In this document: positions 1-10,532 of the stretch, piece by piece
Layout: every line of letters begins with the position of its first letter
Position numbering within the stretch: position 1 is the stretch's first letter
NCBI GenBank assembly: GCA_964399335.1
Contig: CAYNQI010000001.1
Span: 14,707-78,706, forward strand
DNA: 64,000 nucleotides
Direction: 5' to 3'
Origin: an uncultured Thermoplasmata archaeon
GTDB taxonomy: Archaea > Thermoplasmatota > Thermoplasmata > Halarchaeoplasmatales > Halarchaeoplasmataceae
Program-made: the position numbers and the translations under genes
The notes under the pieces: generated by a model
Database searches by the model: none
Told to the model about the DNA's origin: nothing
The model's input: the letters and a program-made list of their open reading frames with translations, nothing else

Positions 1-369
1 CCCTTTGTTGAGAGATACATCGAATTAGAAGCAAGCGATCTGATGGTTAAAAAGGTCGCTAAGATGCAGGATAAGAGATATGACGAAGAGGGATGGCTGG
101 AAAGAACTGGTAAAGCTACAACCTACAAACCAACTGAGATCGCAAAATGGATATCCATGATAAAATACAAGGTACCTCACCTTGCCAAGGATACCGCCGA
201 CGATGCCATGCATTGGTTAGGAGCGGCGGGATACAGTTCTGAGTACATCTTTGAGACTGCATGGAGAGGTGTCATGTCTTACTGTGTCGGTGCAGAAGGC
301 GGAGCGAATATCCAGAAGTTAGTCATAGCCAGAGAAACCCTTGGTAAAGACTACATCCCGTACAAGTAG
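1..369 (+). CDS. Acyl-CoA dehydrogenase, C-terminal fragment (5' end lies outside the window)
   Basis: The reading frame is open back to base 1. The C-terminal 'AEGGANIQKLVIARETLG' resembles the ACAD 'YEGTxEIQRLVIAR' tail. Location directly upstream of etfB/etfA fits. Confidence 0.45.
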   Translation, partial: PFVERYIELEASDLMVKKVAKMQDKRYDEEGWLERTGKATTYKPTEIAKWISMIKYKVPHLAKDTADDAMHWLGAAGYSSEYIFETAWRGVMSYCVGAEGGANIQKLVIARETLGKDYIPYK

Positions 370-385
370 ATCGATTGGTGGTCAT

Positions 386-1186
386 ATGCGGTTCGTAGTT
401 CTGGTAAAACAAGTCCCCGATACGACTGAGGTCGAAGTGGATGAAGAAACTGGTACTATAATCAGAGAAGGAGTCCCTTCGGTACTCAACGCCTTCGACG
501 AGTTCGCGCTGAACGAAGCTATAGATTTAAAAGAGAGGATGGACGAGGATGTTGAGATAATAGCGGTGAGCATGGGCCCACCACAAGCTAAAGATGCTCT
601 TAAGAAATGCCTTGCCATAGGTGCTGACAGTGCTGTTCTTCTCACTGACCGTGTTTTCGCAGGAGCCGATACTTGGGCTACAGCTGTAACCTTGGGTAGA
701 GCTGTGAAAAAACTAGGGGATGTCGATGTTGTTTTTGCGGGCCAAGAAGCATCAGATGGGAACACAGCCCAGGTGGGGCCTGAAGTCGCTGCTCAACTGG
801 GCATATCCCAATTGACTTTCGTCGCTGAGATCGAGGAAGTGGATAAAGAAAGTGGCCATATAATCTGTAAAAAGGAAACGGATGAGGGTCACGTGAGAAT
901 AAAAGCAGAGCTGCCTGCCGTGATTGCATGTATGCCTGAACCTGGGTTTGAACCAAAGATACCCAATATAAGAGACATAATGAAAGCTAAAAAGAAATCT
1001 CTCGACGAATGGACGTACGAGGATCTAGGTGGAGACGAAGAGGAATACGGTCTAGATGGATCCGAGAGTGTTGTGATTAGAACTTATTCTCCTCCTCCAA
1101 AAGGTGAAGGTATCAAGATAGAGGAAAAACCGGAGATCGCCGTTGAAAAGATCATCGAGTTCATGGATGAGGAGGGATTACTATGA
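386..1186 (+). CDS. etfB: Electron transfer flavoprotein beta subunit (EtfB/FixA)
   Basis: N-terminus 'MRFVVLVKQVPDT…' is typical of EtfB. A GGTGG ribosome-binding site sits 7 nt upstream of the ATG at 386. The stop overlaps the etfA start as ATGA. Confidence 0.85.
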   Translation: MRFVVLVKQVPDTTEVEVDEETGTIIREGVPSVLNAFDEFALNEAIDLKERMDEDVEIIAVSMGPPQAKDALKKCLAIGADSAVLLTDRVFAGADTWATAVTLGRAVKKLGDVDVVFAGQEASDGNTAQVGPEVAAQLGISQLTFVAEIEEVDKESGHIICKKETDEGHVRIKAELPAVIACMPEPGFEPKIPNIRDIMKAKKKSLDEWTYEDLGGDEEEYGLDGSESVVIRTYSPPPKGEGIKIEEKPEIAVEKIIEFMDEEGLL

Positions 1187-2385
1187 TCATCATCGATACA
1201 GAGAGTTGCACGGGCTGTGAGAAGTGTGTGAAAGTTTGTCCAGTAGATGCATTGGAGATGGAAGATGGAGTGGCTAAACTGATAGAAGAGCTCTGTATAT
1301 CATGCAGTGCGTGTGTAACAGCCTGTCCCGTTGATGCCATCGAACCCGAATTGAAAGCTCAAAGGGCTGATTTTTCAGAATACAAGGGTGTATGGGTATT
1401 TGCAGAACAACATGAAGGTAAACTAAAGGCTACTGGACCACAATTACTTGGGAAAGGTAGAGAATTAGCAGATGAACTCGGTGAAGAGCTCTGTGCAGTC
1501 CTTTTAGGACATGATGTAAAGGGTCTAGCAGATGAATTAGGATCCTATGGCGCTGAGAAAGTTTACGTTGTAGAGGATAAATCATTGAAGGGATACACAA
1601 CTGAAGCATATACCACTGCCCTGACTACATTGATATCAAGATATAAACCAAGTGTTTTCATATACGGTGCCACCCATCTTGGTAGAGATCTAGCTCCATC
1701 CGTTGCCGGACACATAGGTTTAGGACTGACAGCAGATTGCACAGGACTTTCCATAAAGGAAATCGAGGGACAGAAAGCATTACTTCAGACGAGGCCAGCT
1801 TTCGGTGGAAATGTTATGGCTGATATCGTCTGCCCTAATACAAGACCTCAGATGGCTACCGTTAGACCACACGTTATGGAACCTATGGAGCCAGAACCCG
1901 GTAGAGATTACGAGTTGATAGAAGAAAAAGTGAAGATCGATTCTGATTCGATAAGCACTGAGATCTTAGAAGTTTTAGAAGCTGAGGATAAAGGGGTTTT
2001 ACCTGTTGAAGAAGCAGATAGGATCGTATCCGGTGGTAGAGGAGTCGGAAATTGTCAAGAGGACTTCGAGTTACTTAGAGAATTGGCTGAAGAGCTTGAT
2101 GCTGCCGTAGGATGTAGTAGGCCTATCGTTGAAGAAGACATAATGCCAAAATGTCACCAGGTCGGTCAGAGTGGGAAAACGGTTTCGCCGGATCTTTACA
2201 TCGTTTGTGGTGTATCCGGTGCTGTTCAGCATCGAGTCGGTATCAGAGGTGCGAAGACGATAATAGCTATCAATAAAAACTCAGATGCACCTATATTCGA
2301 TATGGCAGACCTTGGAGTTGTTGGAGATCTGAAAGAAATACTGCCACTTTTAATCGATAAGATCAGAGAGAAAAAAGAAAACTAA
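1183..2385 (+). CDS. etfA: Electron transfer flavoprotein alpha subunit with N-terminal 2x[4Fe-4S] ferredoxin domain (FixB-type)
   Basis: Two CxxCxxCxxxCP motifs (CTGCEKCVKVCP and CISCSACVTACP) are followed by an EtfA fold with an FAD-binding C-terminal region. It is translationally coupled to etfB. Confidence 0.85.
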   Translation: MIIIDTESCTGCEKCVKVCPVDALEMEDGVAKLIEELCISCSACVTACPVDAIEPELKAQRADFSEYKGVWVFAEQHEGKLKATGPQLLGKGRELADELGEELCAVLLGHDVKGLADELGSYGAEKVYVVEDKSLKGYTTEAYTTALTTLISRYKPSVFIYGATHLGRDLAPSVAGHIGLGLTADCTGLSIKEIEGQKALLQTRPAFGGNVMADIVCPNTRPQMATVRPHVMEPMEPEPGRDYELIEEKVKIDSDSISTEILEVLEAEDKGVLPVEEADRIVSGGRGVGNCQEDFELLRELAEELDAAVGCSRPIVEEDIMPKCHQVGQSGKTVSPDLYIVCGVSGAVQHRVGIRGAKTIIAINKNSDAPIFDMADLGVVGDLKEILPLLIDKIREKKEN

Positions 2386-2406
2386 AAACCTTTCTTCTTT
2401 TTCTTA

Positions 2407-3618
2407 TTAAAACAGAAATATTGCCCCAGATATAGTTATCCAAACGAATATGAAGACTATCAATACGAGTGTTGGCTTCCAAATATGGCTGTAAAATGCT
2501 TTAAGATCCGTTCCAAAATATTCTACCGTTAAAATTATGCATAGATGTATCGGGCTGAGAACATAGCCTAGGAATGTGAACAAGTAAATGACTCCCACCG
2601 TTCTAACAGATACTGTAGATATGAGAGGTAATAGTACAGGAACTCCGATACCTACCGCACTAGGTAGATGACCAAGGAACATCCCTATAGCAAGAGCTAC
2701 AAGTACCACTACTAGGAAAATCGGTACGTGATTCTGTAAAGATGATACCGCTGGAGCTATACCGTTTGTCCTTTCGATAATGCCTTTGAAGAGCATGATA
2801 CCATAGGCTGCTAATATGAGGTTAAGAGAAAGTCCCTTCCTTGCAGTGTGGGGTAAATCAATAAAATCATATTCATCTCGGTTCTGAAACAGCAGAAATA
2901 CTATCGCTATGGGTAGTGTCAGGTAAAAGGGTAGGCCAAATATGATATTCAACGATAGAGCCAATATTATCGGCATCAACTCCCAAACAAGTAGAAGAGG
3001 TTTTGTAGATAATTGCTCAGATTTTACCGATTCAATTTCACCTATCCCCCATATGACTCCACAAATTATCTGGACAGCAAATATCGGGATGTTGTACATG
3101 GCAATTCTGTATAGGCTAACTCCTGATATACTAGATGCCAGTATCAATCCCAGTGACAGTGGATAGATCGTGAACCAAATGTGCCTGAACCACCAGTTTA
3201 GAAAAGTCTTGTGAACCGGGTCTACATTCAATTCATCCCCCTCATCATCTATCATAGGAGCTGACACTAAGGCACCCCCCGGCATGGGCATCAACCCAAA
3301 GATCGCAGGTATGGATGCTATGACTAACCTTCTATCTGGGACAGCTCCTCTGAGCTCTTTTATCATCCTCATGACCTGTCCAGAATCACTGTAAAGGAAC
3401 CCAAGAAAAGCTATCATGTTGATTATCAATATTAGTTCGATGGTCTCGAACTCTAAAGAAATTTCAAACAGCCAGTTCAATCCTTCTAATGACGGATTAG
3501 ACAGAGCTAACAATACTCCGACAGCTATGAGAATAGAGTATCCGAATCCAACTTTTTTATAAATCAAAGTGCCCAGGACCACGAAGGCGATCAGTACACC
3601 TATCAAGGACTGCATCAT
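2407..3618 (-). CDS. Polytopic integral membrane protein, putative transporter (DUF401-like)
   Basis: About 12 hydrophobic segments. A 'GLMPMPGGALVSAPM' re-entrant-loop-like motif is present. Confidence 0.5.
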   Translation of the reverse strand: MMQSLIGVLIAFVVLGTLIYKKVGFGYSILIAVGVLLALSNPSLEGLNWLFEISLEFETIELILIINMIAFLGFLYSDSGQVMRMIKELRGAVPDRRLVIASIPAIFGLMPMPGGALVSAPMIDDEGDELNVDPVHKTFLNWWFRHIWFTIYPLSLGLILASSISGVSLYRIAMYNIPIFAVQIICGVIWGIGEIESVKSEQLSTKPLLLVWELMPIILALSLNIIFGLPFYLTLPIAIVFLLFQNRDEYDFIDLPHTARKGLSLNLILAAYGIMLFKGIIERTNGIAPAVSSLQNHVPIFLVVVLVALAIGMFLGHLPSAVGIGVPVLLPLISTVSVRTVGVIYLFTFLGYVLSPIHLCIILTVEYFGTDLKAFYSHIWKPTLVLIVFIFVWITISGAIFLF

Positions 3619-3722
3619 CTACCCTCAAAAGCAGGTTTATTTAAAATCTTACTCCCTTTTACTGATTTTGAAAATAAAGCGAAACTATTATATTCAAACT
3701 AAGACTTAATAACTAATGTACC

Positions 3723-4829
3723 ATGAATATTGACACTATTTGGTTCTTAATTATAGTGATAGTAACCCTTATCGGTTTTTCAGCAGCTATACTTCTTTAC
3801 CTGGAAAAGTCAAAAGATAAACGTATTTCAAACGTTCGTAAATCTTCCAGTTTAGATAAAGAAGACGAAGCATATAATAAAGTAAAAAGCACAAAAAGCA
3901 TAACAAATGTTATGAAAAGAAGTGGTAAGGATACCAGTGATGCAGATGTGTTCATAGAAAGGGCAGAGATGGCTTTACAGGCAGGAGATCACTCTAAGTC
4001 CATCTCTCTTGCTGAAGAAGCAAAATCCAAATTGGAACAAGCTACAGCTGTTAACGAAAATGTCAAGAATGATAATAAACAAGATGATATGAATATCATA
4101 AAAAATGAAGATGGCGATTCAAAAATGAAAGAAGCTTATACTATAGAGGACCTAGATTCTTTAGAGAAGAAAAAAGAAGATGATGAGCTTAAGGCAAAAA
4201 GTCAGGAATTGATGAAACAAAAAGAAAAAATACAGAATCTACCAGAAAATTATTTGGAATCTAAATTCGAGATAGAACAAGCCACTGACATGCTTGAGAA
4301 AGAAGGTGGTGATGAAGAAGCTAAAAAATTACTAGGGCAGGCAAAGATGAATTTTGAGAACGAAAGATACACCGAGGCCTTGAAGCTGTCTCTAAGATGC
4401 AAAAAAACGATAGATGAGGATAAAGCCGGGCTGATCAAGTTTCAAAAGATAGGGGAAAAAGAGGCTAGTGATAAGCAGAAGAGTCGATCTGAAAAGGAAA
4501 TAAAAAGCAATACTATTATCAGAAAGATCGATGAAGAAGACGAAGCGGGAGAAGAGAAGATTAAAACTACCCCATCAGAAGGAAAAGTTAAATGTCCAGA
4601 CTGTGGTTATCTTGGAGAGATGGGGGATAACTTCTGTCCAAAATGTGGTACCGAGATGGTCATAGAACTAAGATGTTATTCTTGCGGTAAAGAAGTAGGA
4701 CCGGAAGATAATTTCTGTCCAAGTTGTGGGCACGAGCTTTCACCTTCGATTTATGAGTGCCCGGACTGTGGTGCTGAAGTGGATGAGGATGTGAAATTCT
4801 GTCCAAAATGTGGAATCGAATTTTTATAA
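3723..4829 (+). CDS. Membrane-anchored coiled-coil protein with C-terminal triple zinc-ribbon
   Basis: N-terminal transmembrane helix (IWFLIIVIVTLIGFSAAILLYL). A long charged Lys/Glu/Asp helical region follows. Three tandem CPxCG…CPxCG zinc ribbons lie at the C-terminus. Confidence 0.6.
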   Translation: MNIDTIWFLIIVIVTLIGFSAAILLYLEKSKDKRISNVRKSSSLDKEDEAYNKVKSTKSITNVMKRSGKDTSDADVFIERAEMALQAGDHSKSISLAEEAKSKLEQATAVNENVKNDNKQDDMNIIKNEDGDSKMKEAYTIEDLDSLEKKKEDDELKAKSQELMKQKEKIQNLPENYLESKFEIEQATDMLEKEGGDEEAKKLLGQAKMNFENERYTEALKLSLRCKKTIDEDKAGLIKFQKIGEKEASDKQKSRSEKEIKSNTIIRKIDEEDEAGEEKIKTTPSEGKVKCPDCGYLGEMGDNFCPKCGTEMVIELRCYSCGKEVGPEDNFCPSCGHELSPSIYECPDCGAEVDEDVKFCPKCGIEFL

Positions 4830-4831
4830 AA

Positions 4832-5623
4832 TCAAAGGATCTTTTTTTTTACTAGATAATTCGTTATTTCGTTGATCTGGACTGGACTAAGATTGCCTAC
4901 CCTCTTATCCTGATAAGGTATGTCTTTATTTTTTTCAATACCAAAACCAACATTCAAAGCGTTCCTGATCATCTTTCTTCTGTAACTAAAAAGTTGTCGG
5001 ACAACTTCTGAAAAAACGTCAGGGTATTTCAGATTAAAATCAGGTTCCTTAGGGGTTAGTTTTACAACTGTCGCATCAATCTTAGGGCTAGGGTAAAACC
5101 TATCCTTCGGTATATCAAAAAGTCTTTCGACTTCGGCATGTGTACTGACCATGACAGTTAATCGTGAATAATTCTTTTCACCTACCTCAGCTAACATCCT
5201 GTCTGCGTATTCTTTCTGATAAGTCAATACGCCTGTTTTAAAATCCTGATCCAAAAGTTTGAAAGTTATCGGGGATGATATGGAGAATGGTAGATTAGAA
5301 ACCACTTTATCGAAATTTGGTAGGTCTATATTTAAAACATCTCCATGGATGATCTCAACATTTTCAAGACTGAATTTACCTTTAAGATATCTAAACAAAT
5401 CATCGTCCCTCTCGACCAGTATAAGTTTACCCGAAATAGATTCAAGCTTTTCAGTCAACACACCTAGTCCTGGACCTATTTCCAGTACAGTTTCATCCTT
5501 TGAAATTTTAGCAGCATCGACTATCCTACATGCTAGACCCTCGTCTATCAAAAAATTTTGTCCCAACGATTTGGAAGGTGTGATACCTAATTTATCCATC
5601 CTATCTTTATAACTACTGTTCAT
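4832..5623 (-). CDS. rsmA: 16S rRNA (adenine1518/1519-N6)-dimethyltransferase KsgA/RsmA
   Basis: 'GQNFLIDEGL…VLEIGPGLGVLTEKL' SAM-binding motif. Length fits KsgA/Dim1. Confidence 0.85.
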   Translation of the reverse strand: MNSSYKDRMDKLGITPSKSLGQNFLIDEGLACRIVDAAKISKDETVLEIGPGLGVLTEKLESISGKLILVERDDDLFRYLKGKFSLENVEIIHGDVLNIDLPNFDKVVSNLPFSISSPITFKLLDQDFKTGVLTYQKEYADRMLAEVGEKNYSRLTVMVSTHAEVERLFDIPKDRFYPSPKIDATVVKLTPKEPDFNLKYPDVFSEVVRQLFSYRRKMIRNALNVGFGIEKNKDIPYQDKRVGNLSPVQINEITNYLVKKKIL

Positions 5624-5714
5624 TTCAGTCCATTCCTAACAAAACATAAACTAGATTAACCCTATGTAACCGTGGTTAAAGTTACATTTCTTTTCCCGAG
5701 ATATTTTATCCGGT

Positions 5715-5963
5715 TTATTCCATACTGATATTTTCCATGACGACAACATCTCGGACGGCTTTCATGCCCTTGAACGGTAAGACCAGCCGCCCCTCAGCAT
5801 CAGTATCGAATAATCGTGGTTCAATTTCTTCGGCTGGAGTAACTAATACATGTTTCATATCTCCAGATTCTGTATTTACCACGAAATTGTCTATCATACC
5901 CAATATTTGTCCGTCGTTCGTCATCACGGTCTTACCTCGTAATTCAGTCACGAATTTTTTCAT
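5715..5963 (-). CDS. PRC-barrel domain protein
   Basis: Small archaeal PRC-barrel pattern (LRGKTVMTNDGQILGMIDNFVV…). Confidence 0.5.
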   Translation of the reverse strand: MKKFVTELRGKTVMTNDGQILGMIDNFVVNTESGDMKHVLVTPAEEIEPRLFDTDAEGRLVLPFKGMKAVRDVVVMENISME

Positions 5964-6002
5964 ATCTTAATACCTCCATTCGGAATTGTCATCCTGATTA
6001 CA

Positions 6003-8210
6003 TTACCTGTATAATCCAACCCCATTATAATCTTTCTTCCTCCTAACGGTCTTCTGCATCATCTCTTCTAGATCTTCGTACATGTCTAAGATATCTTGAT
6101 CGATAGATGGGATAGATTCGTCTATTACTTTATTGAAATATTCCTGGCTGACCTCTTTTGCCCCGTCTTTTATAGCTAGAAGGCCGGCCTCCCTACATAT
6201 TGATTCTATATCGGCCCCTACATATTGATCCGTCCTTCTCACTAATTCTTCAAAATCAATATCATCTGCTAGAGGCATGCGTTCAGTGTGTATCATGAAT
6301 ATCTCTTCTCTCGCATCTTTATCTGGAATAGATACGTTCAAAGAATGATCGAACCTTCCAGCCCTTAACAATGCTGTGTCGATCCTGTCAGGACGGTTAG
6401 TGGCAGCAATAACGATGATGCCGGTATTTGGTTCGATGCTGTCAAAACTGGTGAGTAACTGATTCACTATCCTATCGGTTACATTCTCTCCAGTGTCACC
6501 ACCCCTCTCAGGTGCTAAAGCATCTAACTCATCTAAAAATATTATAGAGGGTGCTGCTTGCCGTGCTTTTTTAAAGATCTCTCTTATGGCTTTCTCACTT
6601 TCTCCGACCCATTTGGATAAAATTTCAGGACCTTTTACAGAGATGAAATTAGCCCCACTTTCATATGCTACAGCCTGAGCAAGCATGGTTTTTCCCGTTC
6701 CAGGAGGGCCGTAAAGAAGAATACCTTTCGGAGGAGATATTCCCATATCTGTGAAAGATTCTGGTTCCTGTATCGGTCTTTCTACGGAATCGTTCAATCT
6801 CTCCTTAGCTTCATATAAACCTCCAACATCTTCCCATGATATCTCAGGTATCTCGACCATTATCTCTCTCAAACTGCTGGGTTCGATCTCACGCAGAGCA
6901 TTCTGAAAGTCCTTGGAGTTGACTTCCATACGTTCTAATATGTTGCTTGGAATCGGTTCGTCTAGATCGAATTCAGGGGTATACCTTCTAAGTGCTCTCA
7001 TAGCTGCTTCTTTAGCCAATGATTCTAGATCAGCACCGGCGAAACCATGAGTCATCTCCGCTAACCTTTCAAGGTTAACGTCATCGGCTATAGGCATGCT
7101 TCTCGTATGTATCTGAAGGATCTCCATCCGACCTTCTTTATCAGGGAGTCCGATCTCTATCTCTCTATCGAACCTTCCTGGTCTTCTCAGGGCCGGGTCG
7201 ATGGCACTTTCACGATTGGTTGCAGCGATAACGATGGTCTCTCCCCTTTGGGTTAGACCATCCATCAATGTCAATAACTGGGCAACGACTCTTCTCTCGA
7301 CTTCTCCTCGAACATCATCCCGCTTAGGAGCTATGGAATCCAACTCATCAATGAAAATAATTGAAGGGGATTGTTCCTCAGCTTCTTCGAATTTTTCTCT
7401 TAGTTTTCCCTCGCTCTGACCATAATATTTGGACATGATCTCTGGGCCCTGGACTGAGAAGAAGTTAGCTCCAGCTTCATTAGCTACAGCCTTAGCGATC
7501 CAGGTTTTACCAGTACCGGGTGGGCCGTATAAGAGTACACCTTTTGGAGGGTCTATACCCAATCTATCGAATAGGTTAGGGTGTTTGAGAGGTAATTCTA
7601 TCATCTCCCTGACCCTCTTTAACTCTTCATCTAAACCTCCAACATCTTCATAAGTAACCTTTGTAGCACCGATGATCTCGGATTCACTGACAGGTTCTTC
7701 TTTGACTACGACTTCAGTTTCTTGATTTACCTCTACGGGTTCTATAGGATTTGTAGTTATCACTATAAATGGGACGCTTCCACCCATTAGTGCGATACCG
7801 GGTACGACTATAGCATCGCCTGCCATTATAGGTCTGTCAAGGAGTCTTTTCTTTACATATGATTCTATACCCTCTCCAAAACGCAATCGATTTCCTTCTT
7901 CGATGACAGGAGCTATGACCACTTTTTTAGCTGGGACCGTTTCTACTTTCTTTACCTTTACTCTGTCCCCCAACGATACTTTGGCATTTTTCCTAACCAG
8001 ACCATCGATACGTATTATCCCTTCTCCCTCGTCTTCTGAATGAAGCCTGAAAATCTTGGCAACGGTGTCCTTTTCTCCTTTGATCATTATAACGTCGCCG
8101 ACGTCTACTTCTAACTTCATACGGGTCTTGGGACCTATCCTGGCTCTGTTTCTGCCGATATCTTCTTGTGGAGCCTCTTTTACGGTCAAAACTATTTCGT
8201 CAGACATCAA
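6003..8210 (-). CDS. cdc48: AAA+ ATPase Cdc48/VAT (two AAA domains plus N domain)
   Basis: Two Walker A motifs (GPPGTGKT twice), DELD Walker B motifs, and second-region-of-homology arginines. Length is 735 aa. Confidence 0.95.
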   Translation of the reverse strand: MMSDEIVLTVKEAPQEDIGRNRARIGPKTRMKLEVDVGDVIMIKGEKDTVAKIFRLHSEDEGEGIIRIDGLVRKNAKVSLGDRVKVKKVETVPAKKVVIAPVIEEGNRLRFGEGIESYVKKRLLDRPIMAGDAIVVPGIALMGGSVPFIVITTNPIEPVEVNQETEVVVKEEPVSESEIIGATKVTYEDVGGLDEELKRVREMIELPLKHPNLFDRLGIDPPKGVLLYGPPGTGKTWIAKAVANEAGANFFSVQGPEIMSKYYGQSEGKLREKFEEAEEQSPSIIFIDELDSIAPKRDDVRGEVERRVVAQLLTLMDGLTQRGETIVIAATNRESAIDPALRRPGRFDREIEIGLPDKEGRMEILQIHTRSMPIADDVNLERLAEMTHGFAGADLESLAKEAAMRALRRYTPEFDLDEPIPSNILERMEVNSKDFQNALREIEPSSLREIMVEIPEISWEDVGGLYEAKERLNDSVERPIQEPESFTDMGISPPKGILLYGPPGTGKTMLAQAVAYESGANFISVKGPEILSKWVGESEKAIREIFKKARQAAPSIIFLDELDALAPERGGDTGENVTDRIVNQLLTSFDSIEPNTGIIVIAATNRPDRIDTALLRAGRFDHSLNVSIPDKDAREEIFMIHTERMPLADDIDFEELVRRTDQYVGADIESICREAGLLAIKDGAKEVSQEYFNKVIDESIPSIDQDILDMYEDLEEMMQKTVRRKKDYNGVGLYR

Positions 8211-8259
8211 ATTCTCCAGGTATAAGACATCGATAGTTTATAAAAGATTTTTCGTCAAA

Positions 8260-8964
8260 TCAAGGTGTAAAATGGAAAGGTAGATTACGGGTAACCTCGT
8301 TTTCGTTGTCGTTAACATCTCTCATATAAATACTAACTGCCATACTTCTATCCTCCACAGTAATATTATTAAAAGTCAGATGATATTCATGAGTATCAGT
8401 CTGCCACTCCATAATATACTCTTCATTATCAATATAAATACGGATACTATCATGATCCACTTCGACATTATCGGTAATAGTGGCTATGATGGTTACATTG
8501 TAAGTCTCAGTTATATTATCATTATCACGAACATATTCATGTTCTACTATTTCCCCGTCTCTTTCGAACTCCATTTCAATATCATTCAGTGTAGGATCTG
8601 CAAAATCACTGAAGGGGGGATTCATCAGAATTATCCAGACAGCCAGAAATGTAAAGAGATACATTGCCACACTCATCGCCCATTCTTTTTTTCCTAATTC
8701 TGATATCTCGATTCCGGCTGTTTGGAAAAGAGTTTTCAACAGACCTATACCGGTTAAGCCGATAAGGAAACCTAAAAGTGCTTCATGGCCTGAATATATG
8801 AAAACGTAAAGCGCGGCTATTGAAAATACCGGGGCTAAAGCTACACTTATGTAAACACACTTTCCTTTCCTTAACTCATTAAGCATGTACTCTTTTTTAT
8901 CGAATTCCGGGAATTCGTACTCCTCGGATTCCTCTTCCTTCTCTTTCTTCCTTCTCTTCGCCAT
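8260..8964 (-). CDS. Hypothetical membrane protein with Lys/Glu-rich N-terminal tail and acidic extracytoplasmic domain
   Basis: Start reassigned to MAKRRKK. Two to three transmembrane helices are followed by an Asn/Asp/Glu-rich domain. Confidence 0.45.
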   Translation of the reverse strand: MAKRRKKEKEEESEEYEFPEFDKKEYMLNELRKGKCVYISVALAPVFSIAALYVFIYSGHEALLGFLIGLTGIGLLKTLFQTAGIEISELGKKEWAMSVAMYLFTFLAVWIILMNPPFSDFADPTLNDIEMEFERDGEIVEHEYVRDNDNITETYNVTIIATITDNVEVDHDSIRIYIDNEEYIMEWQTDTHEYHLTFNNITVEDRSMAVSIYMRDVNDNENEVTRNLPFHFTP

Positions 8965-9058
8965 CTTTGCTGAAAAAACCGGTAGTACTATTAAAAAACT
9001 TTCCCATATTTTGATTAAAATAGAAGATTTGAAATAGTGCAAGTACTATCTTCCGGCG

Positions 9059-9883
9059 GTGATAAATATGGAGATAGCAGGTTATGGACTTCAAGAGGAG
9101 TTACCCTACGTTGGATTCAGCCTATGGAACTTGATGTTATTCGTTATAACACTGGTAGTAGGCCTGATACTGGTAAAAGTAGTATCGAGGATGATAAAGA
9201 ATGCTATGCTCAGGAACAATATCCGTAAGATACTTACTGAATTCACAACACGGATACTGAGGATCGTATTGTATGTTTTCGTTGTCGGTGTTTCTTTATC
9301 GTTCTTAGGTGTACAGGTAGGAGCGGCATTGGTAAGCTTATCAGTGGTGTTAGGTTTCGTTCTAGGTTTTGCACTGGGAGACACTTTGAGCAACATAGCA
9401 GCCGGTGTGATGATAGCTATCACGAAGCCTTTTAGGTCAGGACATTACGTGGAGGTCAACGGAGAAGAAGGTGTAATCAAAAGCGTAGGTATAAGTCTGA
9501 CTGAACTTGACACTAAAGATAACAAACACATCGTGATACCTAATAAACTGGTTTGGGGCAGCAATATAATAAATTATACTAGGAACTCGACTAGAAGGGT
9601 CGATATAGAAACTGGTGTAGGTTATGATGACGACCTGAATCTTGCTATAAAGACTTCATTAGATATATTGAAATCGCATCCCAACGTCCTAGACAATCCA
9701 GAACCACAAGTTAGAGTAAAATCCATGGACGATTCTGCAGTGACATTAGCTGTACGACCATGGGTTAAAACAGAAGATTACTGGGACACATTCTTCGATC
9801 TACAGAAACAGCTTAAAGAAGGATACGATGAAGCCGGTTTGAACATCCCATATCCACAGATGGACGTTCATTTGGATAAGTAA
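9059..9883 (+). CDS. mscS: Small-conductance mechanosensitive channel MscS
   Basis: Three transmembrane helices plus the conserved MscS beta domain (VIPNKLVWGSNIINYT). Confidence 0.85.
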   Translation: MINMEIAGYGLQEELPYVGFSLWNLMLFVITLVVGLILVKVVSRMIKNAMLRNNIRKILTEFTTRILRIVLYVFVVGVSLSFLGVQVGAALVSLSVVLGFVLGFALGDTLSNIAAGVMIAITKPFRSGHYVEVNGEEGVIKSVGISLTELDTKDNKHIVIPNKLVWGSNIINYTRNSTRRVDIETGVGYDDDLNLAIKTSLDILKSHPNVLDNPEPQVRVKSMDDSAVTLAVRPWVKTEDYWDTFFDLQKQLKEGYDEAGLNIPYPQMDVHLDK

Positions 9884-9981
9884 AACACGGGTTTATGTGT
9901 GATATCTCTGAGGTGTCACCTGATCCTTTTCTTTTTTTATTATGTTTAATTGGGGGGGAACTAAACAGATATCTTTTTTGT

Positions 9982-10521
9982 CTATTCCTCTAGAATTTCA
10001 TTAAAGAACTGTTCAGCCTCGTTATGGAACTCTTTGATAGTACCTTCGTTAACTATCATCTTATCGGCTAGGGCGATGATCTTACCTATCCCCCAATCCA
10101 ACTCACGATGATCACGCTCTACGAACTGTTCCCAATCTTCTGGTTTATCCTCTCTACCCCTTTTCTTTAACCTTTCATATCTCGTATCGGGGGATGCGTG
10201 GATCGCAACTATGACCATCTTCTCCTGAAGTTCGGATTTGAATATTTCGACCTCTTGGTAACTCCTAACTCCATCGATGACGGTTTTACTATCACCGATT
10301 CGATTCAAGGTCCTTTCAGCCCATATACCGAAATGGAAGTTCTCTCTTTGATCGTGGGCAAAACTTCCGACGCTTATATCGTCCATGAGCATGTTCTCCT
10401 GCTTAGCGACCGTCCTAACAACATCACCCATCCTGACCACGTCGTAATCAAAATCTCTTGCTACCCTCAAAAACTCTTCCTTGCCTGACCCAGGCATGCC
10501 TGTAAGTAGAATCATCACCAT
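9982..10521 (-). CDS. UPF0200-family P-loop nucleotide kinase (CoaE/adenylate-kinase-like)
   Basis: P-loop 'LLTGMPGSGK'. The C-terminal 'VAIHASPDTRYERLKKRGR…IALADKMIVNEG' pattern is typical of archaeal UPF0200. Start set at MVMILLTG. Confidence 0.7.
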   Translation of the reverse strand: MVMILLTGMPGSGKEEFLRVARDFDYDVVRMGDVVRTVAKQENMLMDDISVGSFAHDQRENFHFGIWAERTLNRIGDSKTVIDGVRSYQEVEIFKSELQEKMVIVAIHASPDTRYERLKKRGREDKPEDWEQFVERDHRELDWGIGKIIALADKMIVNEGTIKEFHNEAEQFFNEILEE

Positions 10522-10532
10522 GATATCACCTC

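Noticed and set aside
4842-4850. T9 run between convergent genes as an archaeal terminator
   Set aside because: The run lies inside the ksgA coding sequence, where it encodes KKK at the C-terminus. It is not intergenic.
6493-7653. Three plus-strand ORFs inside cdc48
   Set aside because: They lie antisense to a highly conserved AAA ATPase and have no independent support.
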